Of a stretch of DNA of 64,000 bases, positions 29,421 to 42,533 are shown one piece after another. Under the pieces are notes generated by a model. It saw only the letters and a program-made list of their open reading frames with translations, had not been told where the DNA came from and made no database searches. Location: contig JBQLZK010000034.1 in the NCBI GenBank assembly GCA_052168235.1, forward strand, positions 12,128 to 76,127. The letters run 5' to 3'. The stretch is from Thainema sp. (lineage in GTDB: Bacteria; Cyanobacteriota; Cyanobacteriia; Phormidesmidales; Phormidesmidaceae). Both the position numbers and the translations under genes were made by a program. Each line of letters opens with the position of its first letter. The stretch's first letter is position 1.

Positions 29421-30575
29421 TTATCCGACTGAAATCGTTGTTGGCAGCGGTGGCTGTACGTTGCGGCCCAGTCGCGCCCGATAGAGATCGCCAACCCGTT
29501 CTTCAAACCGCACTAGATTGTGGGCAATGCGATCGAGAATATCGCTCGTTTTCGGATCTGTAAGCTGAGCTGAGAATCGAGTCGCATCAACTACCCCCGT
29601 TTGCAGATCGCCTAAGGCTCGCCGCAGTAAATCAATTTTGTCGTTGCTGGACTGAAGCCAATTTTGCAAAGTTGCAAATGCTTCACTGCCAACCGCTTGC
29701 CAGCTTACCTGCTCGCCCATCTGGCGCAGGCGGATTTCTAAGGACTCAACGTGCTGCTCCTTAGCTGCGATCGCATTTGCAAAAACATACTGCATTTCCG
29801 GATCATTGGAATCCGCTAGCTTCTCCACATACTGCCGAAAAGCTGCCAGCGTATAGCGCTCACCCACTAGAGCCGTATTAATCACGTTGATAATATCTTG
29901 CTTTGTAGAACCGCCCCAATGTTCGCCCAACTGCCACCATTCATAGTCTTCAGTTGCCGCATCGGGCAGCGTTTCACCGTCAATCGTTAGCCCTAAATAG
30001 CTGAGTAGGGTAGTTGTAAACAGCGGCAAATCGCCGGGACGACGAGCGGTAATCAGGTTTTCGTCCACAACAACAGGCTCGTCAACATAGGTCGCACCCG
30101 CGTTTTGAATGTCTTTGCGAATGGAGCGAAATCCCGTAGCTTGCTTTCCGCGCAGTTGATCGGCTTCGATCAGCACCTGCGGCCCATGACAAACGGCAGC
30201 GATTAATTTGCCCTGAGCCATACCGTCAATCACCATCTGCACAGCGCGATCGTCCATCCGAATGTGATCGGGAGCCTGACCACCCGGAATCAAGATGGCA
30301 TCAAAATCATCGGAGAGCACTTCTGTCGTAGTGGCATCCGGCTGGATTATGACGGTATTGCGCTTGCCTTTGTACTGCTCGTTCATCCGACTACCGAGCA
30401 CCACAACCTCAGCGTTTGCCCGCTTCAGCGCGATATAGGGCACCTGAAATTCTGAGTCTTCGAAACCGTTTTCCACCAGAATGGCAACCCGTTTCGTCGC
30501 TGAGTCATTCATCGTTGAGCTGTTATCCGTCGAAACTGTCATACATTCCTCCCGCTCCTGCGTCGGCATCAGCAA
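29421..30575 (-). CDS. DJ-1/PfpI family protein with C-terminal helical (ferritin-like) domain
   Basis: GFEDSE, IPGG, AVCHGP; helical C-terminal half. Start possibly ATG 30542. Confidence 0.85.
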   Translation of the reverse strand: MLMPTQEREECMTVSTDNSSTMNDSATKRVAILVENGFEDSEFQVPYIALKRANAEVVVLGSRMNEQYKGKRNTVIIQPDATTTEVLSDDFDAILIPGGQAPDHIRMDDRAVQMVIDGMAQGKLIAAVCHGPQVLIEADQLRGKQATGFRSIRKDIQNAGATYVDEPVVVDENLITARRPGDLPLFTTTLLSYLGLTIDGETLPDAATEDYEWWQLGEHWGGSTKQDIINVINTALVGERYTLAAFRQYVEKLADSNDPEMQYVFANAIAAKEQHVESLEIRLRQMGEQVSWQAVGSEAFATLQNWLQSSNDKIDLLRRALGDLQTGVVDATRFSAQLTDPKTSDILDRIAHNLVRFEERVGDLYRARLGRNVQPPLPTTISVG

Positions 30576-30858
30576 CTGCGATCGCAGTTACTAGCTTTTG
30601 GCTACAAACCTGATTGGGTCTACTGTTCAGAGCAACCGCTATTGTTTTAATCTTAGAAATTCTTTAATCTAGCTAGCCTCACTCAATCGTCCGAACTGCT
30701 CTCACTCATCCGGCAGATATTGCAGGCAGAGCCAGCAGTGAGAGCAATTGAAACGATGCTGGAATCTAGACAAACGTCTAATAATAATTTCTTCAGTTGA
30801 CGTATAACACTGGACGAATCGGGAGATTCGCTTCAGTCCATATTCGGTAGGCTTCATC

Positions 30859-33540
30859 ATGGCAAAACAGCAACACGTCAGCCAATCAGCTCACGATGTT
30901 TCGGCTGTTCCATCAGCGAAACTGCTACAGACGCGCCCGTTTCACAATGAGCATGAGACAGAAAAGCCGCAATCGTCTCCAGCCGAGGCTCAAACTCAAT
31001 CTGTAACAGGTGGCTGGGATTTGACCCCAAAAATTCTGTCGGCAACCAGTCCATCAACGCCTTCACCAACGCCAGTAGTTGGCCTACCGCTACAGGCAAA
31101 GTTAACCATTGGCGAACCGAATGATAAGTATGAGCAAGAAGCCGATCGGGTTGCCCATGATGTTGTCCAGCGAATTAATGCACCAGATACGGCTTTATCT
31201 CAAGATGCTGAGGATGAAACATCGACGGTTAATTCAGCTCAGCAGGTTCAACGTCAAATAGCACCTCCCTCCATGACAAGTGGATTTGACCTGACAACTA
31301 AGTGGTTATCCCACTCAAGCCCCCCCTTTTCGACTTTTGGTCAGCCGCTTCAAGCAAAACTGACGCCTCATGAATCGCCGATTCAGCGCGAAATGCAGGA
31401 AGAGGAAGATGAGCTACAGATGAAGCCGCTGCTGCAACGAAAATCGGTAAGCAGTGGTGATGCTTCCAACGAATTGGAATCAAGCATTAATCGTGCTCGC
31501 AGTGGTGGGCAATCACTCGATGCTGGTCTGCAACAGTCAATGGGGCAGGCAATGGGAGCCGATTTCAGTAACGTAAAAGTTCATACTGATTCCACCGCAG
31601 ATAGTTTAAATCAATCAATTCAAGCTAAAGCCTTTACCACAGGCCAAGACGTGTTCTTTCGACAAGGAGCTTATCAACCAGGAAATCGAGGAGGACAAGA
31701 ATTAATTGCTCATGAGTTGACTCATGTAGTACAACAGAGCAACCATTCAGTTAAACGATTTCCTCAACCAGAAAGTTCACTTCAAAGCCTTGAATCGTTT
31801 GGAGGCTCAGTCATACAGAGGCAGACAGGGGAATTGATTCAAGCAACTCTTCGTCTTAAAAAAGGAACTAGGGTTGAAATCCTCAAGGATATTGGCGACA
31901 GATTTCAAGTTAAAGTCATTGAAACATCACAAAAATGTTGGATTAGCGGCAGGCTTAAGGATTACTTTAAAGAAGATTCATCAATAGAAATTACTGAAGA
32001 TACGGTTATTGAAACACCAACTAAAACACCAGTCAAGGAAACGCAAACCGAAGATTTAGTTGGAACAGTAACTACTCTTGATAAAGAGCCAAAATCCGAA
32101 GATGTCATTGTTGATAGTGTACCTGAATCTCAAACTCAATCTATACCTGAAGATACAGAAAGCGAGACATCAGACGTTTTACCACCTCCCAAATCAGGCG
32201 ATCAAGTAACAATGAAGGTGGCTCCTAAGCCGACCTTAGCTGAACCTGTAGCAGGACAGAAAGTCTTTCAATCTGGAGGAGGTGATACCTTAAAAGTTAA
32301 GGTGACAAGAAAAGAGGGAACGGAGAAAATTGATTTAAAGGCAGGACAAAATTATCTAAATGATGAGCTGTCAGCCCTTTACTATTCCAGTGAGAGCGAA
32401 ATTAAAGCTGGTAAAGTAACATACGGAATGCTGTTTGGTGGATCTGCTGTTTTGGGGGACGGGCATCATCGCTTCTTATGGTTAGCTCATCATGGCAAAC
32501 CAATACAGGCTCAAGTAAAACGAAGTGCTGGTGGCCAAGCTTGGAGTGGGATGACATATCAACCTGATCCCAAAAAGCCGAAGAAAGCTTATTCACAAGA
32601 TTCCACTACACCAACTCTAGATATCGAATCAGCAAATCTAGATTCGAATGAAGTTGCCAAAAAGCTACGATCCAAATGGGAAGGGATTGACTGGGGTGAA
32701 TTAAAGAAGCCAGGTTTAGTTTTTTCAACCAAATCTGGCGAGTTGACAACTACAGCACAGTACAATCCGGAGAACCACACCATTAAACTGAATAAAGATG
32801 AGACTGATCCAGTTAATCTCTGGGATAATGTCTTATTTGAAGCTCAAAATGCACTAAATGCAAAAGTATTTGATGAATTAGGTGGAGAAAAAGGTGGAAA
32901 ATCAGAGACGACTTTTAAGGAGTATGGACAAAAAATGGCCACAGCCGAATATGATAGCGTCAAACGATATGTTACAGCACTTAGAGAACTTATATCAAAC
33001 GGTTTGAATAGAAATTCTCTCACAACACTAGCAAAGAATAATTTAGCTAAATGGGATAGTTGGGATGAGCAATCATTAGAAGAGTCTAGCAGGATTAAAC
33101 TGTTTAATAATGCACCTCATGATGCAAATGCAACGGATACTAAAGCAGCCTTGAGTTCTGCAGAACTTTATGCCTACGAGGCCGTTGAATCAAGTCTGTT
33201 GAAAAATATTAATGGCAAAATGTCGCTCATTCTAAAGAACATTTTTCATCCTAGTGCTTCGAATGGATATTATATGAAAGATCAGTTCACAAGTCTAAAA
33301 ACAGTTGTCAATAAAGGTCCTGCACCTTGGCCTGAATCTGGTGCAGCAAGAGTTATTAAATACTCCACATGGTTGGAAGAAGTAGAGAAGGCTGCAAAGA
33401 GTATTAAGGATGTAGTTTCCATGTCAGGCGCAGGAGTTAATGGCAAAACATTAGAAACCTTTAAGGAACAATTTGTTACGCTAATTGATAGCGCTAAACT
33501 GTCAGAGAAAAGTGTAGATATAGCTGGGAAGCTGATATAA
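30859..33540 (+). CDS. DUF4157 (eCIS core) domain protein with variable C-terminal effector region
   Basis: QAKLTIGEPNDKYEQEADRVA, GADFSNVKVHTD, AKAFTTGQD, LIAHELTHVVQQ; sequence becomes AT-rich after ~31750. Confidence 0.85.
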   Translation: MAKQQHVSQSAHDVSAVPSAKLLQTRPFHNEHETEKPQSSPAEAQTQSVTGGWDLTPKILSATSPSTPSPTPVVGLPLQAKLTIGEPNDKYEQEADRVAHDVVQRINAPDTALSQDAEDETSTVNSAQQVQRQIAPPSMTSGFDLTTKWLSHSSPPFSTFGQPLQAKLTPHESPIQREMQEEEDELQMKPLLQRKSVSSGDASNELESSINRARSGGQSLDAGLQQSMGQAMGADFSNVKVHTDSTADSLNQSIQAKAFTTGQDVFFRQGAYQPGNRGGQELIAHELTHVVQQSNHSVKRFPQPESSLQSLESFGGSVIQRQTGELIQATLRLKKGTRVEILKDIGDRFQVKVIETSQKCWISGRLKDYFKEDSSIEITEDTVIETPTKTPVKETQTEDLVGTVTTLDKEPKSEDVIVDSVPESQTQSIPEDTESETSDVLPPPKSGDQVTMKVAPKPTLAEPVAGQKVFQSGGGDTLKVKVTRKEGTEKIDLKAGQNYLNDELSALYYSSESEIKAGKVTYGMLFGGSAVLGDGHHRFLWLAHHGKPIQAQVKRSAGGQAWSGMTYQPDPKKPKKAYSQDSTTPTLDIESANLDSNEVAKKLRSKWEGIDWGELKKPGLVFSTKSGELTTTAQYNPENHTIKLNKDETDPVNLWDNVLFEAQNALNAKVFDELGGEKGGKSETTFKEYGQKMATAEYDSVKRYVTALRELISNGLNRNSLTTLAKNNLAKWDSWDEQSLEESSRIKLFNNAPHDANATDTKAALSSAELYAYEAVESSLLKNINGKMSLILKNIFHPSASNGYYMKDQFTSLKTVVNKGPAPWPESGAARVIKYSTWLEEVEKAAKSIKDVVSMSGAGVNGKTLETFKEQFVTLIDSAKLSEKSVDIAGKLI

Positions 33541-33683
33541 AGCCCGTCTCTCCCCCCCAATTGACGTAGTCGTTTTTGGGCAATCAGTGCTAAGACTGTA
33601 TATATAGTCACCTGATCTCAGAGTGGCTGGTTACAAGTCACTCCTCAGATCCGACGCGGCGCTACATGTGGAGGATCACCGTT

Positions 33684-34157
33684 ATGAGTTTAACGAAACA
33701 CATTCAAATCTCGGCTTTACACTGCATTGAACCCGCTCAGGGAATCGAAATTTGTCCTGTTGATCAGGCTCTAGGGATCACCGAGTATCAAATGCCCTCC
33801 AGCCATGAAACGAATTTGGTTTACATTGCTCCTAGTGTAATTGAAGACCTGTTCGTGCATCACTTTCAAACCGATCAGCTTTTGGTAGTCAAAGGTCACG
33901 TAGTTTTAGCGGTACTGCAAAACGGAGCGTATCAATACATTTTGATGCGCGATCGCAATCCGCAGGTGATCAAAATTCCGCCTGGGATTCCCCACGGTGC
34001 AATTCACTTGGGCACTGAACCTTGTGTAGCGATCAACTCCGTCATTCGGCACGGCCCACCCTACGCACGGGATTATCGTCCAGTGCCCCAGCGATTACCC
34101 TACGACCTAGAAAAAGTGCGATCGCTGTTTGCTGAGGTTGAAACAACGTCAATTTAA
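33684..34157 (+). CDS. Cupin protein (dTDP-4-dehydrorhamnose 3,5-epimerase-like)
   Basis: LFVHHFQTDQL and IPPGIPHGA cupin motifs. Confidence 0.75.
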   Translation: MSLTKHIQISALHCIEPAQGIEICPVDQALGITEYQMPSSHETNLVYIAPSVIEDLFVHHFQTDQLLVVKGHVVLAVLQNGAYQYILMRDRNPQVIKIPPGIPHGAIHLGTEPCVAINSVIRHGPPYARDYRPVPQRLPYDLEKVRSLFAEVETTSI

Positions 34158-35065
34158 AGATTGTTGAAGTAAGGTTTAACTTAACAAAGGAAGCTTTGCT
34201 GAAAACAAGGCTTCCTTTGTTCTCACAAAAAGCCCCCGGATCAGATCATCTATTTCTTCGAATATAGCTATCAATTAATCTCACTGTTTGCCAAGCATCT
34301 TGTAAAACAAGCATCATTTCAGCAATGCTTAGCTAACAACAAACAGATTAAACTGCTATCAGTCGAACACGTTGCTAGTTAAACTAAAAGCATAAATAAT
34401 TTCAAGATTAACGCATTACAACAATTCAAAAATCGCTATATTGCATTAATTAAAATATTTATTGTCTAAATTTTGAAAACCAGATATATACGAAACAGTT
34501 ATTTTCCACTGTTACTCATCCTAAACCCTCCACTGGCTCATGAGTTTCGGCAAAATAAGGTCAGTTAAGCAATGGTCGTGTTGCTTAATCTGGTAAAGGA
34601 TTATTGAGATACTGATTACTATAAAAATCATTGGGAACGATAGACTTATCAGTAACTCAAACAATTCATTTTGTGCCTCATTTAACAATAAATTGCAATT
34701 TGAGCACTGATAAATTGAATAGTGTGCTTGGTTTTACGGAGTGCGATCGCAAAATTGCGAATTAGCACACATAATCTATGATTGTGCAATTTGTTATGGA
34801 AAGGATAAGAAATGACCAAGTTACGCTCTGCTGACAAATAGCTGGCAAAATGATTAAGCTCATACACTACAAATTAAATTATTCCTAGAATTTTAAGAGT
34901 AGACATTGATTACAGCTTTAGATGTATATGTGTTGCGATCGCGTGGACTGATCCTTCTATCTCGGCGAATTCATCACACTGAATAAAATTTCAGATCAAA
35001 AACTGAATTTAATCAGATTTGCGTAAAAAATTTAATTTTCCCCTGACGAGTTGGCAATAGCCACT

Positions 35066-37828
<2,763 letters not shown>

Positions 37829-37853
37829 GTAATACCCCTATTCAATACAGCTC

Positions 37854-39002
37854 ATGAACTGGTGGACTCGGCTCAAGAAAAATACCCTTGCTCGTATAGG
37901 AGCAATCATTCTTCTCATCCTTTACATATTGGTGATTGGAGCCGACTTTTTTGCGCCCTATGATCCCTATGTGTCCCAGGTGAATGGTTCGCTCCTGCCA
38001 CCCACAGCTGTTTACTGGCGGCTTCAATCAGGTCCAGACGAGGGCCAGTGGATTGGCCCCCACGTCTATCCCACCACGCAAGGCCCCGTATCTCTGGAAA
38101 CGGGTCAGCGAGACGTCAATGTAGAGTTTGACCAGCCCTCCCCCATCCGGCTGTTTGTGCAAGGCGATGAGTATCGATTCCTCCAGTTAAAGCTGCCGCT
38201 GCCGACACGGTTTTCGCTCAAAGCACCCAACTTCGAAGAGTTTGTGGTTCTACCCGGAATTCCCGGCAACATCCACCTGTTTGGCACAACCGGAGAAGGC
38301 AGGTTCAACGTCCTCGGCACCGATGAACAAGCACGCGATGAGCTGAGCCGCTTGATTCACGGTGGACGAGTGAGCTTATTTATCGGTCTAATTGGCGTCG
38401 CCATTTCATTCCCGTTGGGTATGCTGGTGGGCGGCATTTCCGGCTACTTTGGTGGCTTTGCCGACTCAATTTTGATGCGTCTGGTCGAAGTGATGATGAC
38501 GATTCCCACCATTTATTTGCTAGTTGCTTTGGCGTTCGTCCTTCCACCGGGACTGACCAGTTCACAGCGCTTTTTGCTGATTGTGTTGATTACCTCGTTC
38601 GTGAGCTGGTCAGGACTAGCCCGGATTATTCGGGGTCAAGTGCTATCAATCAAAGAACAAGAATTTGTCCAAGCTAGCCGAGCGATGGGTGGCAAACCAC
38701 TCTATATCATCCTGCGCCACGTTCTGCCCCAGACGGCTACCTACATCATCATTGCAGCCACTCTGGCGATTCCCAGTTTTATCGTGGCCGAGGCGACGCT
38801 GAGCTTTATCGGCTTAGGAATTCAGCAGCCGGACATGTCCTGGGGCAACATGCTTACCCTGGCGAATAATGCTTCTATTCTGGTGCTGCAACCCTGGCTG
38901 ATTTGGCCACCCGTCATCTTGATTGTGGTGACGGTGTTAGCGTTTAATTTGCTCGGTGATGGCCTGCGGGATGCGCTGGATCCGAGGAGTTTGCAGCGGT
39001 AG
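37854..39002 (+). CDS. Peptide/nickel ABC transporter permease (DppC/OppC)
   Basis: LGTDEQARD, ARIIRGQVL, EFVQASRAMG, SWG, GDGLRDALDPR. Confidence 0.92.
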   Translation: MNWWTRLKKNTLARIGAIILLILYILVIGADFFAPYDPYVSQVNGSLLPPTAVYWRLQSGPDEGQWIGPHVYPTTQGPVSLETGQRDVNVEFDQPSPIRLFVQGDEYRFLQLKLPLPTRFSLKAPNFEEFVVLPGIPGNIHLFGTTGEGRFNVLGTDEQARDELSRLIHGGRVSLFIGLIGVAISFPLGMLVGGISGYFGGFADSILMRLVEVMMTIPTIYLLVALAFVLPPGLTSSQRFLLIVLITSFVSWSGLARIIRGQVLSIKEQEFVQASRAMGGKPLYIILRHVLPQTATYIIIAATLAIPSFIVAEATLSFIGLGIQQPDMSWGNMLTLANNASILVLQPWLIWPPVILIVVTVLAFNLLGDGLRDALDPRSLQR

Positions 39003-39150
39003 ATCAGTAGGACTGTAGAGGACTGTAGAGGGCTGTAAAGAAAGTGCGATCGCACTTATTGCGTCTACGCTAAGCTGTCCCCAGCCAGAGCAAACTTGGC
39101 TCAAGCTCCCAATTTTTAATTTTTCCAGACCCAACTCTAAACGCGCATCC

Positions 39151-40119
39151 ATGACCTACCTCGAAACCACGGCCAAATTCTACGCCGAAGCTGCCGAAAC
39201 CCCACAGGCAAATCTGTGCTGTGTCAGTACGCCGCCCCTGCAACTGCCAGGATTGAAGATTCCCTGCATCATGCAGCAGATGAACTATGGCTGTGGCTCT
39301 ACCGTTCATCCTGCTGAGCTGTCCGGCAATCCCACCGTGCTTTACATTGGCGTGGGCGGCGGCATGGAAGCGCTCCAGTTCGCCTATTTCTGTCGTCAGC
39401 CCGGCGGCGTGATTGCCGTTGATCCGGTTGCCGAAATGCGCCAGGCCGCGACCCGCAACCTGCAAAAAGCGGCCCAGGACAACGACTGGTTTGATCCTGC
39501 GTTCGTCAAGATTCTAGAAGGAGATGCCTTTGCGCTGCCCGTGCCGGATGAGTCGGTGGATGTTGTGGCTCAGAACTGTCTTTTCAATATCTTTGAGCCG
39601 GATGATCTGAAAAAAGCGCTCTCTGAAGCTTACCGCGTGCTGAAACCCGGTGGACGTTTGCTCATGAGCGATCCAATCGCGACTCGTCCCATCCCGTCGC
39701 ACCTCCAGCAAGATGAACGTCTCCGCGCCCTCTGTCTCTCTGGCGCACTCATCTATGAAGACTACATTCAGTCCCTAGTAGACATTGGCTTTGGTCAGGT
39801 AGAAATTCGTGCCCGTCGTCCCTATCGTCTATTAGATAATCAAAGCTACAACCTGGACGCTCCGTTGTTGCTAGAAAGCCTGGATTCTGCCTCTTTCAAA
39901 GTTCCCATTCCTGAGGATGGAGCCTGTATCTTTACAGGTAAAACTGCTATCTATGCAGGTACAGAAGCTTCACTCGATGACGGTGCTGGCCATGTTTTGC
40001 TACTCGGAAATCCCGTCGCTGTGTGTGATAAAACCGCTGCAAAATTAGCGCAAGAATTCCCACAGGATGTCATAATTACCGACTCGACCTGGCACTACAC
40101 GGGCGGTGGCTGCTGCTAA
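39151..40119 (+). CDS. arsM: Arsenite methyltransferase (cyanobacterial, arsenosugar-associated type)
   Basis: LCC, NYGCG, GVGGG SAM motif, QNCLFN, LCLSGA and C-terminal GGCC. Confidence 0.85.
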   Translation: MTYLETTAKFYAEAAETPQANLCCVSTPPLQLPGLKIPCIMQQMNYGCGSTVHPAELSGNPTVLYIGVGGGMEALQFAYFCRQPGGVIAVDPVAEMRQAATRNLQKAAQDNDWFDPAFVKILEGDAFALPVPDESVDVVAQNCLFNIFEPDDLKKALSEAYRVLKPGGRLLMSDPIATRPIPSHLQQDERLRALCLSGALIYEDYIQSLVDIGFGQVEIRARRPYRLLDNQSYNLDAPLLLESLDSASFKVPIPEDGACIFTGKTAIYAGTEASLDDGAGHVLLLGNPVAVCDKTAAKLAQEFPQDVIITDSTWHYTGGGCC

Positions 40120-40140
40120 GTGCGATCGCATTCCCCAACG

Positions 40141-41745
40141 TTACCAAGCTAGTGCTGCACCATCGCTGCGGGGATCGCAGCCACCCTGTAGCTGTCCCGT
40201 TTCAGCATCAATGCGAATCATATGGGCGTGTCCCATCTGTTCTGACCAGTTTGGCAGTCGCCGCACTTGATGACCGCGACTTTCAAGTTTGGTTTGGATG
40301 TCAGGGGAAATCCGGCCTTCGAGGGCTAGACCGCTGACCGATTCGCCCCAGGTGCGGCCCTGGAGCCAGCGCGGTAGGTCAATCGCCGTTTGGGGATCAA
40401 AGCCAAAATCCAATACCCGCGTCAGCATCGCAATCTGAGTTTGGGGTTGGCCTTCGCCGCCCATCGTACCGAAAACCAGCTCTGGCCGACCGTTACCATC
40501 CAGCGCCATGCCCGGAATCAGCGTGTGAAACGTGCGCTTACCTGGTTCTAGGCGATTAATGTGCTGATCGTCCAGCGAGAAAAAGCAGCCTCGGTTTTGC
40601 AGCACAATCCCCGTATTGCCCGCTACAACACAGGAGCCAAAGTCAAAATACAGGCTCTGGATCATTGAGACCGCATTGCCTTCAGCATCCACCACGGCGG
40701 AGTAGGTTGTATCGCCACCAGGGGATTGCGCGGTGAAAGATTGGGCTTTGGTCAAGTCAATCTGCGATCGCAACTCATCAGCGTACGCTTTAGAAATTAG
40801 CCGCTCAACGGGAATATCGGCAAACTCTGGGTCAGTCACCCAGCGATCGCGGTCGAGAAAGGCCAGTTTGGTTGCCTCAACCAATAGGTGATAATAATCC
40901 GCCGTGTCATGACCAATTGCTGTTAAATCAAAGGATTCAATTAAATTCAGGATTTGCAGAACGGCCAGTCCTTGGGTATTGGGCGGCATTTCGCAAATGG
41001 TGCGCCCCCGATAGGTCGTCGTGATTGGGTCTACCCAGTCTGAGCGATGGGCGGCAAAATCCTCCATCGTCAGCAATCCGCCCAGTGCCTGCACTGCCTC
41101 GACGATCTGTTCAGCAATTTCGCCCTGATAAAAAGCATCCCGTCCCTCAGCCGCCAGCGTCCGCAGCGTATATCCCAGCCCCGGATTCGTAATGGATTCG
41201 TCCGTTTGGGGGAAAATGCCGCGTGGCATAAACGCATACTGGGAAGAGGGATACTGGCGCAACGTGCCTTCATTCTGACGCGTCCAGTAGCGCTGCGAAG
41301 CGGTGACGGGATAGCCCTGCTCGGCATGTGCGATCGCAGCTTGCAAACACTCGGCCAGCGGCAGCTTGCCAAAGCGCTCATGCGCCATTGCCCAAGCATC
41401 CACCGTGCCCGGAACGGTGATCGCCGCCAGTGGTCCCCGCTGGGGAATCGTACTTAAACCCTGCCGCTGATAGAACTCCCGTGTGGCCGCCTGCGCCGCC
41501 CGTCCCGACCCGTTGAGGCCATACACCTGCTGGCTTTTGGCATCATAAATCAGCCAAAATGAGTCGCCCCCAAGCCCCGTCATGTGTGGATATACCACAC
41601 CCAATGTACTGTTAATTGCGATCGCGGCATCAATGGCGTTGCCTCCCTGTTTAAGGACATCAAGTCCGGCTTGAGATGCTAAATGATGAGGACAGACAAC
41701 TAAACCTTGCTGTCCGATCGCGATTGGACGGGTGGGATAGGGCAT
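40141..41745 (-). CDS. ggt: Gamma-glutamyltransferase family (Ntn hydrolase)
   Basis: GGNAIDAA, GLGGD, GDTT nucleophile site, QNRG, GTMGG, DPRSDG; start likely ATG 41745. Confidence 0.9.
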   Translation of the reverse strand: MPYPTRPIAIGQQGLVVCPHHLASQAGLDVLKQGGNAIDAAIAINSTLGVVYPHMTGLGGDSFWLIYDAKSQQVYGLNGSGRAAQAATREFYQRQGLSTIPQRGPLAAITVPGTVDAWAMAHERFGKLPLAECLQAAIAHAEQGYPVTASQRYWTRQNEGTLRQYPSSQYAFMPRGIFPQTDESITNPGLGYTLRTLAAEGRDAFYQGEIAEQIVEAVQALGGLLTMEDFAAHRSDWVDPITTTYRGRTICEMPPNTQGLAVLQILNLIESFDLTAIGHDTADYYHLLVEATKLAFLDRDRWVTDPEFADIPVERLISKAYADELRSQIDLTKAQSFTAQSPGGDTTYSAVVDAEGNAVSMIQSLYFDFGSCVVAGNTGIVLQNRGCFFSLDDQHINRLEPGKRTFHTLIPGMALDGNGRPELVFGTMGGEGQPQTQIAMLTRVLDFGFDPQTAIDLPRWLQGRTWGESVSGLALEGRISPDIQTKLESRGHQVRRLPNWSEQMGHAHMIRIDAETGQLQGGCDPRSDGAALAW

Positions 41746-41939
41746 GGGGATAGACGTGGTAGAAAAGGTGGGAGAGTGAAGGGCTGTAAAGTTTTTTATG
41801 GTCGGTTGGGCATTGCCCACCATGACTAACGGCCTAAAACGGTCTAAATGTTTAAAAGTGCCAAGGTTTGAATTTTATCGGAATTTGGAGCGTTCGATAA
41901 GCTAGAAGTAGTTGTCGTCTTCCCTTGGTTCCTAAAACT

Positions 41940-42533
41940 ATGGCTTATCAATTCAATCTCGGTTCTGGCCAACAGCTCTTTGTGCAGCAGCAGGGTGAAC
42001 AAACTGCGATCGCGCTTTATTCGGGTAGTGCAGGCCAACAGCAGCAGCAACAGAATACGGTGACAACAGGACAGTGGCAGGAGCCGCCAACACTGTTTCG
42101 GACGGGCGGCGGATTCATCCTGCGATTAGAAGGGAGCCAAGGTAAAACCATTGTGCAGATTCAAGCCAATGGTCTGCAAACCTTATCAGCGACGGCTGCC
42201 CCCAATCTGGCCAATGCGGATACCATTGCGGGGCAACGAGTCGCGGATTCAGCCACATCGCAGTCCAGTCAAGCAGGCTTTGCAATGGAGCCGATGCAGC
42301 CGATGAAACCAATGGAACCCATGAAGCCGATGCAAATGGGCAATATGTCGATGCAGATGGATCCGATGCGGATGCAGATGGGCGACATGAAACTGGAAAT
42401 GGGCAATCAGCCTGCATCCTCCTCGTCATCCAGTCGTGAAGCTCAAGCGAGCCGATTCTGTACTCAGTGCGGCCAACCCGTGGCAGCTAGCGATCGCTTT
42501 TGCGCCCACTGTGGGCATCAACTATCTGCTTAA
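41940..42533 (+). CDS. Zinc-ribbon domain protein with Met-rich repeat
   Basis: C-terminal FCTQCG...FCAHCG; MEPMQPMKPMEPMKPMQMGNM. Confidence 0.8.
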   Translation: MAYQFNLGSGQQLFVQQQGEQTAIALYSGSAGQQQQQQNTVTTGQWQEPPTLFRTGGGFILRLEGSQGKTIVQIQANGLQTLSATAAPNLANADTIAGQRVADSATSQSSQAGFAMEPMQPMKPMEPMKPMQMGNMSMQMDPMRMQMGDMKLEMGNQPASSSSSSREAQASRFCTQCGQPVAASDRFCAHCGHQLSA

